Below, in pieces: positions 23,401 through 34,958 of a DNA stretch of 64,000 nt (position 1 is its first letter; every line of letters starts with the position of its first letter). This stretch comes from Emiliania huxleyi CCMP1516 (Eukaryota). The DNA lies in the NCBI RefSeq assembly GCF_000372725.1, contig NW_005201732.1:1-64000 (forward strand), read 5' to 3'. Both the position numbers and the translations under genes were made by a program. The notes below the pieces were generated by a model that was not told the DNA's origin, ran no database searches, and was given only the letters and a program-made list of their open reading frames with translations.

Positions 23401-24710
23401 CCTCGGCGGGCCCGGGCGGCTCGCTGGTCGCGTCCGCGACGAGCAGCCGGCTTGCGGGCGTCGAGCAGGAGGCGCACGCCGCGAGCTCCTGGTCCCTGGT
23501 CCACTTCCGCGGCGACGAGGCGCCGCGAGCGAGCAGCAGCGCCTCGGCCGGCGTCTCGCATCTGAGCATCTACTACGAGGTGCAGGGGCCGCTCAACCCG
23601 CTGCTGCTGCAGGCCGCGCTCGACGACGTCGTGCTCCGCTCGCCGGCCCTCCGCACCACCCTGCCCGACCGCGGGCTGCGCGGCGTCGCGCACAGCCACC
23701 TCGTCGTGCCACTGCAAGTGGTGCGCTGCATCGGCTCGAGCGAGAAGCTCGCGCGGGCGCTGTCGCCAGACAACCTCCACCGGCGGCTGAACTTCGAGCG
23801 CGGCCCGCTCTTGCGCGTGCTCGCGTGCGTCAAGGCGCCGGACCACTGGCTGCTGGCGCTGGTGGCACACCATGCGATCCTCGACCTCTACTCCACGCAC
23901 CAAGTCACGCAGCAGCTGCTGGCCGCGTACACGCACTCGCTGCGCGCCGCGTGCCCCGCGCTGCCGCGCCCAGTCTTCACGCTCGAGAGGGAGGTGGAGG
24001 CGACTGGCGTGGCGCGCCCCATCGCGGTCGACCTCTCGCGCCTGCTGGCGGCGGCGCCGCAGCTCCCGCCCATCGACCGGAGCGGCGGGAGGAGGGACGC
24101 CTGCTGCCGGCCGTGGACGCTCGGGGGCGCTCGGGAGTGGGCGGCGGCGATGGAGCGGGGCCGCGCGCTCGGGGGGAACGCGTTTCAGGTGGCTGCGGCG
24201 CTGCTAGCCGCGGCCTGCGTGAGCGGCGAGCCCCGCCCGATCAGCCTGTGCTGGACGCAGCGCGAGATCATGGACCGGCGCATGTGCAACGGCTCCTCGC
24301 TGCGCGTCTTCTCCTTTTCGGCGGAGGAGGCGAGGGGCGGCTTCGTCCCGCTGCTGCGCGCCGTGCAGCGGCAGATGCGCTCGCCCGCGCCGGCCCTGCA
24401 GCTGCTCACAAGCCGGCCCGCCCCCACCGAGGCGGTGGTTGTCATCTCGCAGCTGCTGCAGCCGGCCGAGCCGAGCCTTCGCGGCGTCGCACGGCAGAGC
24501 GCCCTCTCCGCGCGGCCCGCTCTGTCGCTGGACGAGCTGCCGCTGCCCCTGCTCATGCCCAAGGGCATCGACATCTACTTCATGCTCGACGACGGCCAGG
24601 GGCACGACCACCGGCCGCCGTCGGGCTCCGTCTTGCATCACAAGGGCGTCGCCGTCGGGCTAGTGGAGCGCCTCGTCGCGGGGCTGGCAAGGGGTGTGGG
24701 CGGTGCGTGA
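11436..24710 (+). CDS. Modular type I polyketide synthase, AT-less: ACP-KS-KR-ACP-KS-DH-ER-KR-ACP-KS0-ACP-TE-ACP-(KR-structural-like remnant)-C
   Basis: 4424-aa ORF. KS motifs DTACS/EAHGTGT/GHGE and DAACAS/EAHGTGT/GHSE. KR motifs GGMGGLG..YAAAN and GGTGALG..YSAAS. DH motif HRVRGRVVFP..DGALQ. ER motif LHAGAGGVG. ACP motifs GLDS, GLAS, GVDS, GLDS, GLSS. TE motif GFSLG. C-domain motif HHAILDL. No GHSxG AT domain seen. True start uncertain. Confidence 0.95.
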   Translation: MCSERSYFDLNNAAAHLSSPTAACRLCNGNGRGARILRRSGMHCYARRCFPRAPPSAPTPSPDPDAAQVQVLPTYQASGLRGICLQHLRLAAFAARRQHSPPPPLATAASLAADSVCPAPAATVASVQIEVEALLGAPLPSADRGLMELGLDSFDIEELAQRLASRHPLSALAPSDLFGAPTVSALAALISQRTAGDGSRPSADPPHAAGPAVHAAARLTSLAASLPPASGPRGTREMAASGADVVSEAPAERWSLPATDAAAGRMRHGAILSGVELFDGAFFGVSPAEAAAMDPQQRLLLERGYEALHGAGLARHELLGLSTGVFLGASYSDFERLLHGKAPPSAYAATGGSLAVASGRLSYTLGLQGPAVSYDTACSAALTASHAATSALRLGECESGLVAGVSLMLLPDVSHSFAVAGMLSALGRSHTFDRRADGYARGEACCAWLLQGGATARRPVASALGSCVRQDGKSASLTAPNGLAQQSLLEAALADAAVVADSLACSEAHGTGTSLGDPIEARSLAAAVLARRGGGEALAVGSIKANCGHGEPAAGAGGLLRLLLGLCGAEAPPNAQLRALNPLVSAAVAGKACVLPTQLAALRSTAAAAGSQEGGVSSFGYSGTIVHAVLRVTPGGEALVALVRRAESGPRYRRLCYSLGPARAAAEAPGRRRLYELTWRSVGLAPPQSPDVVITCAAIGDRLSASPRAAAALPLERLASPHLSRLSLWLPPAGSCAPQVDALAVLVELLRTLVALVGEGSPRRPAPQLQLVASTSSLAVPLARAGQVAHAGLLGFSRVVWREAPSLRFGLVDCALRLRRGEKPQLWLREAEGSHVAVQGRRGFSAGLCSSNVSSRRRGREQGSSTPEQQLVTGGMGGLGLQTALMLARRRAGGAEIVLLSRSGAVAHTGQGLEATLRLLRTRARALSILAADVGCATDVTSALAAAPRVGRIVHAAGVLQRSLLQTTGRAELSIAFHAKARGCFLLHAATQRQRIGGLLLFSSVVAALGNIGQAGYAAANSFLDEHARGRTQRGLAAASAQLPLIEGVGMAAAEFRKQGLRGAAVLRGFEPVPRVALAACLGQLLRALGNGSVLTPLLSPDALHAHGPQPPPSPRHAADPTPYGAEARRGALQSAILAVVTEISGSAVAWDAHSAFLECGLASLDLVEAAHALGRRTGVRLEPTTLFARPNMASLLAYLLERTGSPAVGAAAGAMRRSGSLPVSASVCHCAARVPGGAGRRHVWPLVAASGDAVSKLPLRLELAQAAPHARGSAAQFSFASRGAFLSGIGRFDSAFFGIAPLEAASMDPRQRMLLEVGYEAFHAGGPASKAPRADGVFLGLEASEWEGLRQGALRPHALTATSSAVAAGRLSYCLGLQGPCWTCDAACASSLVALHCGLQSCEASDADRALAAGANLLLLLDASVTMGSAGMLARDGRCKTFDARADGYVRAEACVAAVLATKFVAVEMCCILGRAVRQDGRSASLTAPNAAAQETLLNAAGAMAPLEQRIGDRGLEAHGTGTALGDPIEMAAVRAVDRERDSPPLAVGATKASFGHSEAASGLGGLLSILAMLDQAGGAPNAQLRRINPLIRDGQGVNEHPTSFNTQRDRRVDIVTGVSSFGYSGTIAHALARRAQPIGSINPLCLGGLRAPAAFRRRRFAWGEAAHPLRQHRWPAAEAATLSFRSPADGVLAALVADHRVRGRVVFPAAAHLEMARAVCCGDAAGGASSTRATLRQGVFVQPLPLDEPLGLWVGCAVVEGAMARVETRSWREADQREQAGAPHETALHMSADVGAAGRQRSPAAARLRTRLAAALCPAAAYASLRSSGLEYGRSFRVLEAAWAGAAAASALLHRRRYGEGTLVHPADLDGALQLSALLTAQPARGGTALPFAVEEAGLGGQAASLLLAVASASGPDTAAVWLCHRGGASEGADSAGGGLAGGGCLARLVGLRSRQLVDGAGAGEAQGHLYQTAWRRSDLGPSPGQPSAALLAVRPATRDAAAAASPPPVGGAARLLGQFSAGGMLHVDSLAALEAGLRHVVALAAAAAPAGLRLLTLGAQQASPRGAMRITDAGLWGLSRAARQESMGSSLACTDWSLESQGGGGTVGVLAALEALAAAGELETAVCTDGRDVLAPRLARASDSTSRRPAWLRLGARGALSALVVEPQPPFRLPPSRGETELSVRAVGLNFRDVLNVLGEYPGDPGPPGSDCSGVAAGAGATGARLGLATGALASLARADSRLVVPKPAALTFEQASSLPTAWMTSHVALSDSTPSARKRCLLHAGAGGVGLAATVYARWLRLRISVTAGARAKHRFLRQTGALEQWSSRSGGAFAWGGASQLRGARLDVVLSSLSRDFTACSWALLCESGHFEEIGKRGVWSRGRAAGAVPHARFHAIALDSLAEREAPRARLTLLVLRSRATARVAVGLPRVSFWLEQAVAAAFRWLQSGRSIGKVVVRLRAPPSTPAAQASHLLSGGTGALGQATAGWLAQRGATRLIFASRGGGSVSSGPAGLPSGSAALFVRCDVAQPREVERALALAANPPAAPLRGVWHAAGVLADGLLAQQGASGLRRVSASKSHGAALLHRAGSALPLQASVLFSSIAALFGGAGQANYSAASSGLDALARGVHARGRAALSVQWGPWASSGMAAADNVRTRLQASGIGLLGIAEGGPALAAALSRDAPPVLAAVAVRWDRFLAGRATPALLSAFGRPGGAGGKASRRAEATGAVAAATRSLSVAEVLELVHRTAGATADADTPLLEAGVDSLGAVELRNQLHAAVGGRAALPSTLVFDHPSARQLAAYLSDGATPEPAAPLHRAPAAHERGRVAVLVTGASAVLPSGAAGAEAVWRVAMSAADLISEVPAERWPLGPRPDSAAGDAVSSRVRHGGFARGVELFDGAFFGVSPAEAAAMDPQQRLLLERGYEALHGAGERREGLAGSLTGVFVGIASTDFAAALASQSVGGVYAATGGAHSVASGRLSFALGLHGPCAAYDTACSSALVAGHAALRSLQLGESSAALVSAVNVMLSPRVGLTFAVAGMTSVLGRSHTLDRRADGYARAEACTAAALRPAGSQPGGPHEPVATLSGSCVRQDGRSASLTAPNGLAQRALISSATADACRTPHSVAGFELAAAGSLLGDAVETLSLCGILDAPCTAPDSSTSVAAVLTGIKASVGHAEPAAGLTSLLASLASLRVGQHAPHAQLRSLNTSCIQSDSETVSMCLPVACSPVRAGPSPPSGGTSAFGFSGTIAHSVAEALSSPILGSPLPAAPRLFRRGIAWSVPSSDYSRPAGEAVGHHVTQDQAGATPRAPHPDALAVIRRGLRDLGASQDLDIPLAAAGLDSRALLSLWHATIAPVCGGVVPSAFWRLLADEESTGRGVAAALQKTIELTQPAGEQGAGQVEERPPELQPRLRVETLARPFDPLDTQSFGAVRGPVAPSGCVFYIPGLPGVCQLEFVQLCQHLADVTVVGLPYAAAMARPALTMESLAFYLVSEMRAVQPEGPYKVAGFSLGGCIAMAVCRALEEIGHSVHSLVLLDPIFPSSSWVPRPCLKLALRSLQQPAAPSHGEGALAWDVVLRLASAAAASPPLDTPTLLVHAVGPLTLPGGPRTSAGLAAGFDRGDAVLASAKRLRRVRVSGSHASFLTDPAEARRALAAVREFLQQGASQWSEEDEALAWAVEFLSGQRPGGDSEAIADTPLAQLGLSSFALRALVGGAVQRLSSGSGGGAASYGSAALTAGLEDFSGSVRDFVARLAAAAGSAPSAAEWSHEMPPPLTPTSAFEPVDPSEARRHYSLRPSARSRRCYGQGTVLVLAAEGGSELLFESVWPSAVTLRHGPRYEARQRGERSLLFVCRPGSLEDYRRCFADPRWGQVAAISLVLNCWQPPSDSAALGILRASVLSRRIHLAAPARYLRLAPEGTQPSASRIADLDAAIMRPLAEVVQLTGPDRTPVSSAALGAAALRVARASRPPPLVQLRASAGPGGSLVASATSSRLAGVEQEAHAASSWSLVHFRGDEAPRASSSASAGVSHLSIYYEVQGPLNPLLLQAALDDVVLRSPALRTTLPDRGLRGVAHSHLVVPLQVVRCIGSSEKLARALSPDNLHRRLNFERGPLLRVLACVKAPDHWLLALVAHHAILDLYSTHQVTQQLLAAYTHSLRAACPALPRPVFTLEREVEATGVARPIAVDLSRLLAAAPQLPPIDRSGGRRDACCRPWTLGGAREWAAAMERGRALGGNAFQVAAALLAAACVSGEPRPISLCWTQREIMDRRMCNGSSLRVFSFSAEEARGGFVPLLRAVQRQMRSPAPALQLLTSRPAPTEAVVVISQLLQPAEPSLRGVARQSALSARPALSLDELPLPLLMPKGIDIYFMLDDGQGHDHRPPSGSVLHHKGVAVGLVERLVAGLARGVGGA

Positions 24711-24933
24711 AGTGCATGGAAAAGTCGAGGGGAAGCGGTTTTGTGCATATGGCACAATAAACATATAGAATAAAAGGAGGACACTCCACATGCGGACGGC
24801 AAATGCCAAATCGGCACACAGTAGTCAGTACAGAGTGCGCTCTTTTGGAGTCAGCCTCGGCACTCAGAATCCCCCGCCCGCGCTGGCCGTGGCGCGCGAG
24901 CTTGGCCTCGGCGGGGCGGCGGAGACTGCGCGT

Positions 24934-27248
<2,315 letters not shown>

Positions 27249-27966
27249 TTACTTTCTTTTTTCTCTGCTCCTCGTCGAGAACCAAGGAGGTTGAGTAGCA
27301 GATCGCACTCAAAGCTTTCAAAAATTTCAATCAGACAGGATAGCAAACTTAAAAAAAAAAGACAGGATAGCTCTTAGGAACATTCATTCCCATAGGAGTA
27401 CATTTTTCAGTGTTGTGGCTCTAACGAACATACCCGAAAGTGGACTGCTGACTGACAGGGTTTGCGACGAGGAGCGACTCCGAAGGGTTTCTCGGGGTTA
27501 GTGCACCACTATAAACCGCCGAAGCGCAAGAGCACTACGTATCGGGCCATACTAGCACCCACTGCTGCGAGCCGATCTTCTGGCTCGACGAGGCTGCTGC
27601 GGGGGCATCGCGGGCCGATCTCCTGGCCCAGCGAGGCCGCTGCGGGTCACACGGCGGCACGGGTCACTCCAACCATCGTTTTAGGTATGTTTTTCATATA
27701 TTTTGGTTTCTTGAAAATTCCTCGTCTCAGTCATCAGAGCAGGCCACACCCCTAACACACTCTCTCACCCCTACGCCCAGACCGTCGCTCAAACTCGCAA
27801 GCGAATGAGGGGGGAAATGCATAGCGACCTCGCCCCCGGGGCATCCTTTTCACTGAGCGGATTTACATCTAGTACAGCCCAATTTACGCTCAATACGCGC
27901 CGCAAGGGCGGGACTGGACGCTCGCGCGGCCAGAGCGGTCCCCCGGTCGAAGGCCCTTCCCAGCGC

Positions 27967-30900
27967 ATGGCGTCGCTTTTTTACAAGCTCCTCGAGATTG
28001 GCCTCAACAAGGCCATCAAACCGTACCTCGTCACGGATGGCATCTACAGCGATGTAACGGTCGAGGTCTCGCTCCTTAGATCCTAGATGCACGCGCTCTG
28101 CGGCCGCAGAGCCGGCGCGGGAGCACGCACCCGCCGACGCTGAATCCGGGGGAATTGAGATCCGATGCGCGCGGGAGGGGAGTTGACGCCGCGCAACGCA
28201 CTACTGCAGGACCACTCAATCAAGATCACTGAGCTTCTCGGCAACCTCGACTTCCTCAACAAGATGCTGTTTGAGCAGGGCATGCCGTTTGAGATCCGGC
28301 TCTTCTACATCAGCGAGCTGCAGGTTGACATCCCGTACCTGTTTGAGGAACACCCGGTCCAACTGAATGCGAAGGAGGCAGCCGCGGAGTAGCGGGCCGT
28401 GCCAGCAAGGGCCCCGGCCATTGGAGTTGCTCTCCCCGAGCCGCTCTCACCCCCGCGTTCCCCTCCAGGTCAACGTGCTCCTGCGGCCGCTTGACATGCG
28501 CGAGTGGACGCTCGAGATGGTGAGGTCGGAGACTGAGGCGGCCATCGCGTCCGCATTCTCGGCGCTGCTGAAGAAACAAGCACCGTCGGCCTGGAACTCG
28601 GCCCTATACGGCGAAGACCCGCGTCAGTGCTGCTTTGCTCCGGTTCCGGTAGGCGGAGCTTGACGCCGAGCCAGAGCCAGAGTCCAAGAGCATCTTCTCC
28701 ACCTTCAAGGACCGGCTGCTCTCGCGCCTCGACCCGCAGGACCTTTTCGATCGGACAGCAGAGGGATGGCGGCGTGCACACGGCCTGTCGCTCACAAATC
28801 GTTGGCCGCGAGTAGGTCAAGATCTCCGACCTGCACATCCGATACGAGGCGCCGCACGAACCAAACCCCTTTGCCTGCGGTTTCATCATTGAGAGAGCCG
28901 ACATGATCTCCAACATCATAAAGGGGGATGGGACCGATAAGACCGCCGGCGCCTTTTCCCTGACCGCCGGCATGTATTGCCACGCTGAAACCCGCGCTTC
29001 GTTCGCTTTCCTCGACGACGCCATCGAGCTTGGCATCAACGCGGAAGCGGAGGCAGGCTCACCGGAGGCAGGCTCGAGCAGCGGCTGCTGCAGTGGCTGC
29101 GGCGCGAAGTGCAAGAGTGCTTGCTGCTGCGCCGGCGATGGTGACATCCCGGATACGGCCTTCTTTCGTCGACAGGGCGAGATGGTGCACAAGATGCGCG
29201 CGACGGCCGAGCAGGCGCGAAACTGGGACGACGGCGAGTGGATGGTGGGCAAAATCAAGCTGACCGGCTCGCTGGCAAATCGCGTCCGCAAAGCTTGCGA
29301 CGTCGCGGTAGACGATGATCCCAATCTCCTCGTCTTCATCAATGCGGAACCTGTGGTGATCCGAGCCGACGAGGGGCAAGCCGCGGCGCTGATGACAATA
29401 TCGGGCCACATGGAGCAGTTCGGGCTCTTTGCGCAGTATGCGATGCGGATGACCACGCCGTCGCCATCGTACCGCGACCGCTGGCAGGCAGCGGCGCACG
29501 CAGTCTCACGCGTGCTCTCAAAGGGCGAGATCACCACGACCGCGCAGCTCGCCACTCAGTGCGCGCTTGCGGCGGAATATCGCAAGTTCTACGCCCGGCA
29601 GATCACCGAGGCCAAGTTCTCGCTCGACGCAACGGCGCTCGTGGAAGCGCGCGAGCGCCTGCCAGAAAAGGTGAGGAGCTTCCTCTACAACGTTGAGGCT
29701 CGTGTGTCGGCGGCGACCGTCGCGTATTGGCGGCTGATGGCGCAAGTCAACAACGTCTCGATGGCGACCAAGAGCATGAAGGCCAAGGGGGGCACCTCCG
29801 GGAGCCGTGACGCGATCAAGTCCATCGCGAGCGGCTTTCGCTCCAAAGGCGACGAGGCCTTGTTTGACAAGAAGGAGGCAGCGCTGCTCGCGAGCTATGC
29901 CGCTGAGAAGCCCTTGTCGGTCGATGAGTTCCCGGCGGGCTACTGCGCCTCGTTGGTTGTGCTCGACTGCAAGAGCATCGTCGTTGAGCTCAAGGTGTCG
30001 CCGACGACGCCTGCAGTCATCGACGGCCTCGTCGCATCAACCTCGTCCCGGCCGACTCTGATGCTGCGACTCGAGGCCGTGCCACTCGCGGTGCGCTACC
30101 GCGATGTTGCGCAGTGGGGCACCGACACACGGATCTGCGTTGGCGACATTCAGGCCATCAACGGCGCAGTGGGCCCGGGCGAGTACGGCGAGCGAATCGC
30201 GGTTGCTCCGGGTGACCGCACCGGCGATGCATTCACCGAGGCGTTGCTAGGCGGGAAGGACCCGCCGCGTCCCTCTCGGCAAATGAAGGTGAACTCCGCG
30301 AGTTCCGCGAAGGGCTGGCTCGCTAGCATTTGGAAGTCGCGCAAGGGCGACGGCGCGGTGACGGCGACGGTCCTGGGGGAGGAGAAGCCGCACGGCGTGT
30401 GGGGCGCGCCGCGTGGGCCTGCAGCGCTGGCGGTGCGCGTCTTTAGCTCACGCAGTCCGACGGAGCCCGATGTGATGGACCTGACCGTGGGCACCGAGGC
30501 GACCGTCATCTACTCGCCCGCGTACTTCGTGTACTGGCGGCGCTTTGCCGACTTTATCGAGGCGACGACGATGCGCTTCCCCCTCTCAGCGACCAGCCGA
30601 CTGCGCTCCAAGTACGCATCGATGACGCGTTCTGTCGACAGCTCCCTGAAGCCTTCGTACTGGATCTACGAGGTCAAGCTGATGGGCTCGGCCTTCCTCT
30701 CTGCGGTCTCGGCGCTCACGATGCCCGACTCGTTCTCCTCGCTGTACGTGAAACTGGTCGGCATCACGCTGTACCTGGCGAAGAAGGTGAACGAGGACCC
30801 GACGAAGGTGCGCACCCCGACCACGCCTCTCGGGGCGGCGCCACCCCACCGCCCCGCCCTCTTTCACCCACCCACACCCTTTCTGGCGCTCAGGAGCCCT

Positions 30901-31520
30901 ACCTGCTCGGGATGAAGATCCCGGCGACCGAGGTGTCGCGCCCCGCGGGGGGCACGCTCAGCAACTGCGCCGTCGTGATGGGCGGTACGATCGAGATCTT
31001 CAGCCCGATCCGCGGCGGCCTGTTTGACATGTGCGTCGACGCTGCGACGTACGGGCAGGCCTACACGGGAGGAGTCCTCGAGGCGCTGCTGAACGAGCGA
31101 GCAAAGGGGGTGCGTGAGATTACGATGCTGTCGTCCGAGGCGGGCAAGCGCGACCTGCGCGTCGCCGAGATGCGGCTGGAGGCGGCGCTCGAGACGGTGC
31201 GGCGGCAGCGGGTGCGCAGCGAGTGCGGGATGGTCTCGGTGGGCACGCAGGTGGAGGCGCAGGACATCCTCGGCGTCGCCGACCTGCGACTGCACGAGCT
31301 GGTCATCAAGCAGCACCGCGAGCTGGTGGCGATGCTCGGCGTCTTCCCATCCGTTAGCGGCTCCTGCGGCGGCTCCAAGTGCTGCGGCTCCAAGTGTTGC
31401 GGCGGCGGCGACACGATGAGCGATATAGTGGACGAGATCGACAGCGCGGTCGGACACGCCTCGCTCGAGGCGGCGGAGCTGCTCAGGCCCGCGCCGCTCG
31501 CCTCGATGGTGCGTATCTGA
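27967..31520 (+). CDS. Chorein_N/VPS13-like lipid transfer protein, short form, multi-exon
   Basis: MASLFYKLLEIGLNKAIKPYL, then GMPFEIRLFYISELQVDIPY, then VKISDLHIRYEAPHEPNPFACGF, resembling the VPS13 N-terminus. Last intron ~30809-30891 joins to an exon ending at TGA 31520. Confidence 0.65.
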
Positions 31521-31786
31521 GCGCGGGGGACCGGGGGTGGGAGCATATGCGTATGTACAGAGACCGAGACAGCCGCACGCACGGCGTCAGCGGGGGGGCG
31601 GCGCTGTTCTTTTGGTTGGGCGAGTCGGGCGGACGCGCGCACTTGTCTATTACACCCGACAACCTCTGGGTCTATTCACACAAAAACACAACCCCCGACC
31701 GAAGACGCACAAGCAAGCAGTGATTATTCACAGCGTAGAGCTCTAACCTTCGCCGAGTTTCTCCGAGGTTGCGGACCGCCGTGTGT

Positions 31787-32895
31787 ATGCTGCGACCCTC
31801 GTTGCCACGCGCGAGCTCGTCACTGTTCTCCCGCACGAGCCCTCTGTCCTCCCGCCCGAGGCCATTATCAGCCCTGCCGGCGGAGCCAGACTGCGTCGAT
31901 CCGGACGAGTATTGTCCGCACGCTCTCGCCCGCGGCATCAAGTCGAAGGGCGTGGAGCGGGCCGTGTGGACAGAGATCCGTGAGGGCGCTATAGCCCAGT
32001 CACGAGAGCAGTCTTGGCGGACGCTCGACCTGCAGGACTTTGGCGTGGACAACTTTCTGCAGCGCGAGGTCCTCAAGCATTACAGCCTCGCTTGCGGTCT
32101 CGCCGAGGGCGTTGGCGGCAAGCTGGCGGCGAACGCACGGATCGGCGGGGGGGTGGACTACGAAAAGGTGTTCCTGTCCGCCTTCCGCGCCGAGCCGGAC
32201 CTCTGCACGAGCGTGGCCTCCGACATCCTCCGCTTCAAGGAGGTTGACCCGGCGGCGCGAGGCGGGCAGGGGCTGCTCGGCGTGTACCTCTTCTACAAGG
32301 GCGTGCACGCGCTGGCCTGCGCGCGCGTCGCCGGCCACTACTGGAGGAGGCGGGGCGAGGCGGGAAAGCTGATCGCGAGGCTGCTCCAGAGCGAGGGGTC
32401 GGACATGTACGGCGTCGATATCCACCCGGGCGCAAGGCTCGGCGACGGCGCGCTCCCACTCCCGGCTCCCATCTGACACAGAGACGCAAGCAGAGGAGCG
32501 CAGCCAGACACGCCCAGCCCCGCACCGCAGGAATCACAATCGACCACGCGACCGGCGTCGTGATCGGCGAGACGAGCGTGGTCGGCGACAACGTCTACCT
32601 AATGCACGACGTGACGCTCGGCGCGACGGGCACCGGCAACGCGCACGACCGACACCCAAAGATCGGCGCGGGCGCCTTCCTCGGCGCAAAGTCGACCGTC
32701 CTCGGCAACATCCACGTCGGCGAGGGCGCGACTATCGCGGCGTCCGCCCTCGTGAACAAGCCCGTGCCTCCGGGCTACACGGCGGTGGGTGTGCCGGCGC
32801 GGCTCCTGCCTCCGCCGAAAGACAGCAAGTACTGGAAGCCGCAGCCATCCAAGCGCAGCCCGAGCACTGCACCCTTTCGTCCCACATCTACGTAA
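31787..32895 (+). CDS. SAT: Serine O-acetyltransferase (2 exons; GC-AG intron ~32449-32530), possible N-terminal transit peptide
   Basis: DPAAR..YLFYKGVHAL, GVDIHPGARLG, DHATGVVIGET, DVTLGATG..RHPKIG and hexapeptide repeats. Ser/Arg-rich N-terminus. Confidence 0.97.
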
Positions 32896-33179
32896 AACCG
32901 GGTGTGGCGTCTGCATGTGCATGTATGTGCGGTTTTGCGTCGTGCTCGACGACGCGCGGGACGCGACACGCCCGGCCGTACGCGGCATGTGGAGTGCGTA
33001 GATGTACTTGTACACCGATGGCCGCCCACCGCATCGGCGCCCGCCTCTCTGCTGTCTGTGCACACACTGCACTTTCTCGTCTCTCTGGTAGGACGGGAAC
33101 GAGATGATAGTAGGGAGTAGAAGGAAGCAAAGAGGAGCCCTGCGCACGCACGACTCCGCAGGAGAAGCCCCTGCACTAT

Positions 33180-33479
33180 ATGGCCTCTCTCTCGCCAGAG
33201 CAATTCGTCGCGCCTTGGTCATCGACGAGCAGGCGCCTCTCTGGAGCGCCGCCGCGCTGCGCGTGGCGGAGGAGCACGCCGCACGGCTCGTGGAGCAGCC
33301 CGAGTGGGTGCTCTCCGAGGTCCTCCTCTCGCCGGACCTCGCCCCGCACATCCTCGCCCAGCTGCCGACCAAGGGTCCCCAAACCAAGGCGCACGCCGTC
33401 AAGGGCGGGACGTGCCGCACGTGGCGCCGCGGCCCGCGCCGGCTGGAGGAAAGGAGATGCTGAAGAAGCGCGGCGATGA
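33180..33479 (+). pseudogene. Degenerate F-box-like gene fragment
   Basis: EVLLSPDLAPHILAQLP..AVKGGTCRTWRRG resembles an F-box motif. The fragment is short, switches frame and has no downstream domain. Confidence 0.4.
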
Positions 33480-33755
33480 CAACGAGGGTGGGATAATACC
33501 ATACATTGACTAATCGCCCGCGCTCTACCTGTACAGAAGAGAGAAGACAGCTCTGAAGAGAGGTGAGAGCAGCCCAGCGCTGCTTGCCAGCTCATCAGTG
33601 TGTGTGCTCTCTGACACCCATCTGACACACCCATCAACCATCCAGCGCAACACCACACACATCTAAACATGCGCCTGAGTTTTCAACAGCGCCAGCCCCC
33701 CGCGACACCGTGAAGATCTCCCTACACAGGGCCGTTCAGTCGAGGCAGCCTGTTT

Positions 33756-34927
33756 TCAGTCTTCAGACCCTTGGCCGTGCTCCACGGAGCGCAGGAGCTT
33801 CAGCCCGTTGAGCAGAGCGGCGCTCCCGCCTGCGCCGTCCTGCGCGACGCCGCCTGCTTCCTCCCGCGCCCGCTTCCTAAGCAAGCCCTCGTGCATCGCC
33901 TCCTCAATGGTGCCCCGCATGAGCATCGACACGATCTTGAGCTTGCCCGCGGAGCCGAGCCGCATCCCGCGCGCCTCCGCCTGCTGCTCCTTGTCTCGGC
34001 GCGCAATCGGCTCCGTCTTGATCAGGTGCGTCGCCTCGCCAAGGTCAAGGCCCTCGATGCCGGACGCGTTGAGCACTAGCACAAAGCACGAACCCGCCGC
34101 AGCCGGGACGAGGAGCGCACAATCGGTCGGCCGCTTGCCGCTGCACGACCCCTCGGCGACGACGGTGCCGAAACGCGGCGCGGTCGCAGCCTCGCCGGCG
34201 GCGCTCTGGCTCCGGACGACGGCGCGGTTGCCGATGTAGAGAGTGGCGCGCCCGCCTCCTGGCGCGAGGAGGAGGCCTCCCAGCTCGTCGACACGGTCCA
34301 CCTCCGTCCGGAAGCGAAGCGCCTCCGCCGGCGCCCCGCCCGCCGGCGCCCCGCCCGCCGGCGCCCCGCCCGCCGGCGCCTCGAGCCGCACCAGGTAGGT
34401 CGGAGTCGCGCACGCAGGCGTCGCCTCCTCGTGGACGGCGCCGCAGCTCGCGCACTGCCAGTAGCGCCCACGTCCCGCCTTGAACTTGGCGAGGGCCTAT
34501 TGGGGAAGGGGCAGGCACGTGTTGTGGACGCGTCTCCGACCTGCCCACCTTGGGAGCCCGGGGAGCGCGCCTTGGCCGTCTCGAGCTTGCTCTTCGCCTT
34601 GCCCTCGAGCCCGTTCAGGTCGGCGAGCGAGTCGGCGCCGATGGCGAGGCTGAGGCGCTCGAGAAACAGACCGCGCACGTCGCGGTGTGCCGGCGGCACG
34701 ATGAGCACTTTTGCGCCCTCCTGTGCGAGCCGATGCAAGTAGAGGGCGAGCCGTTGCACCTTTGCACCGTCCTCGGCTGTGTCGCCACGGGCGGACATCG
34801 CCGCCCGCAGATCGGCCAGAGGCCGCGACGCAAACGTCGGCCTCTCGTCGACGGCGCGCAGCGGCTCGAAGTGCCGCGGCGCCGGCTGCCGGAACAGCAA
34901 AGTGCGCGAGTGATGCTGCTGGTGCTG

Positions 34928-34958
<31 letters not shown>

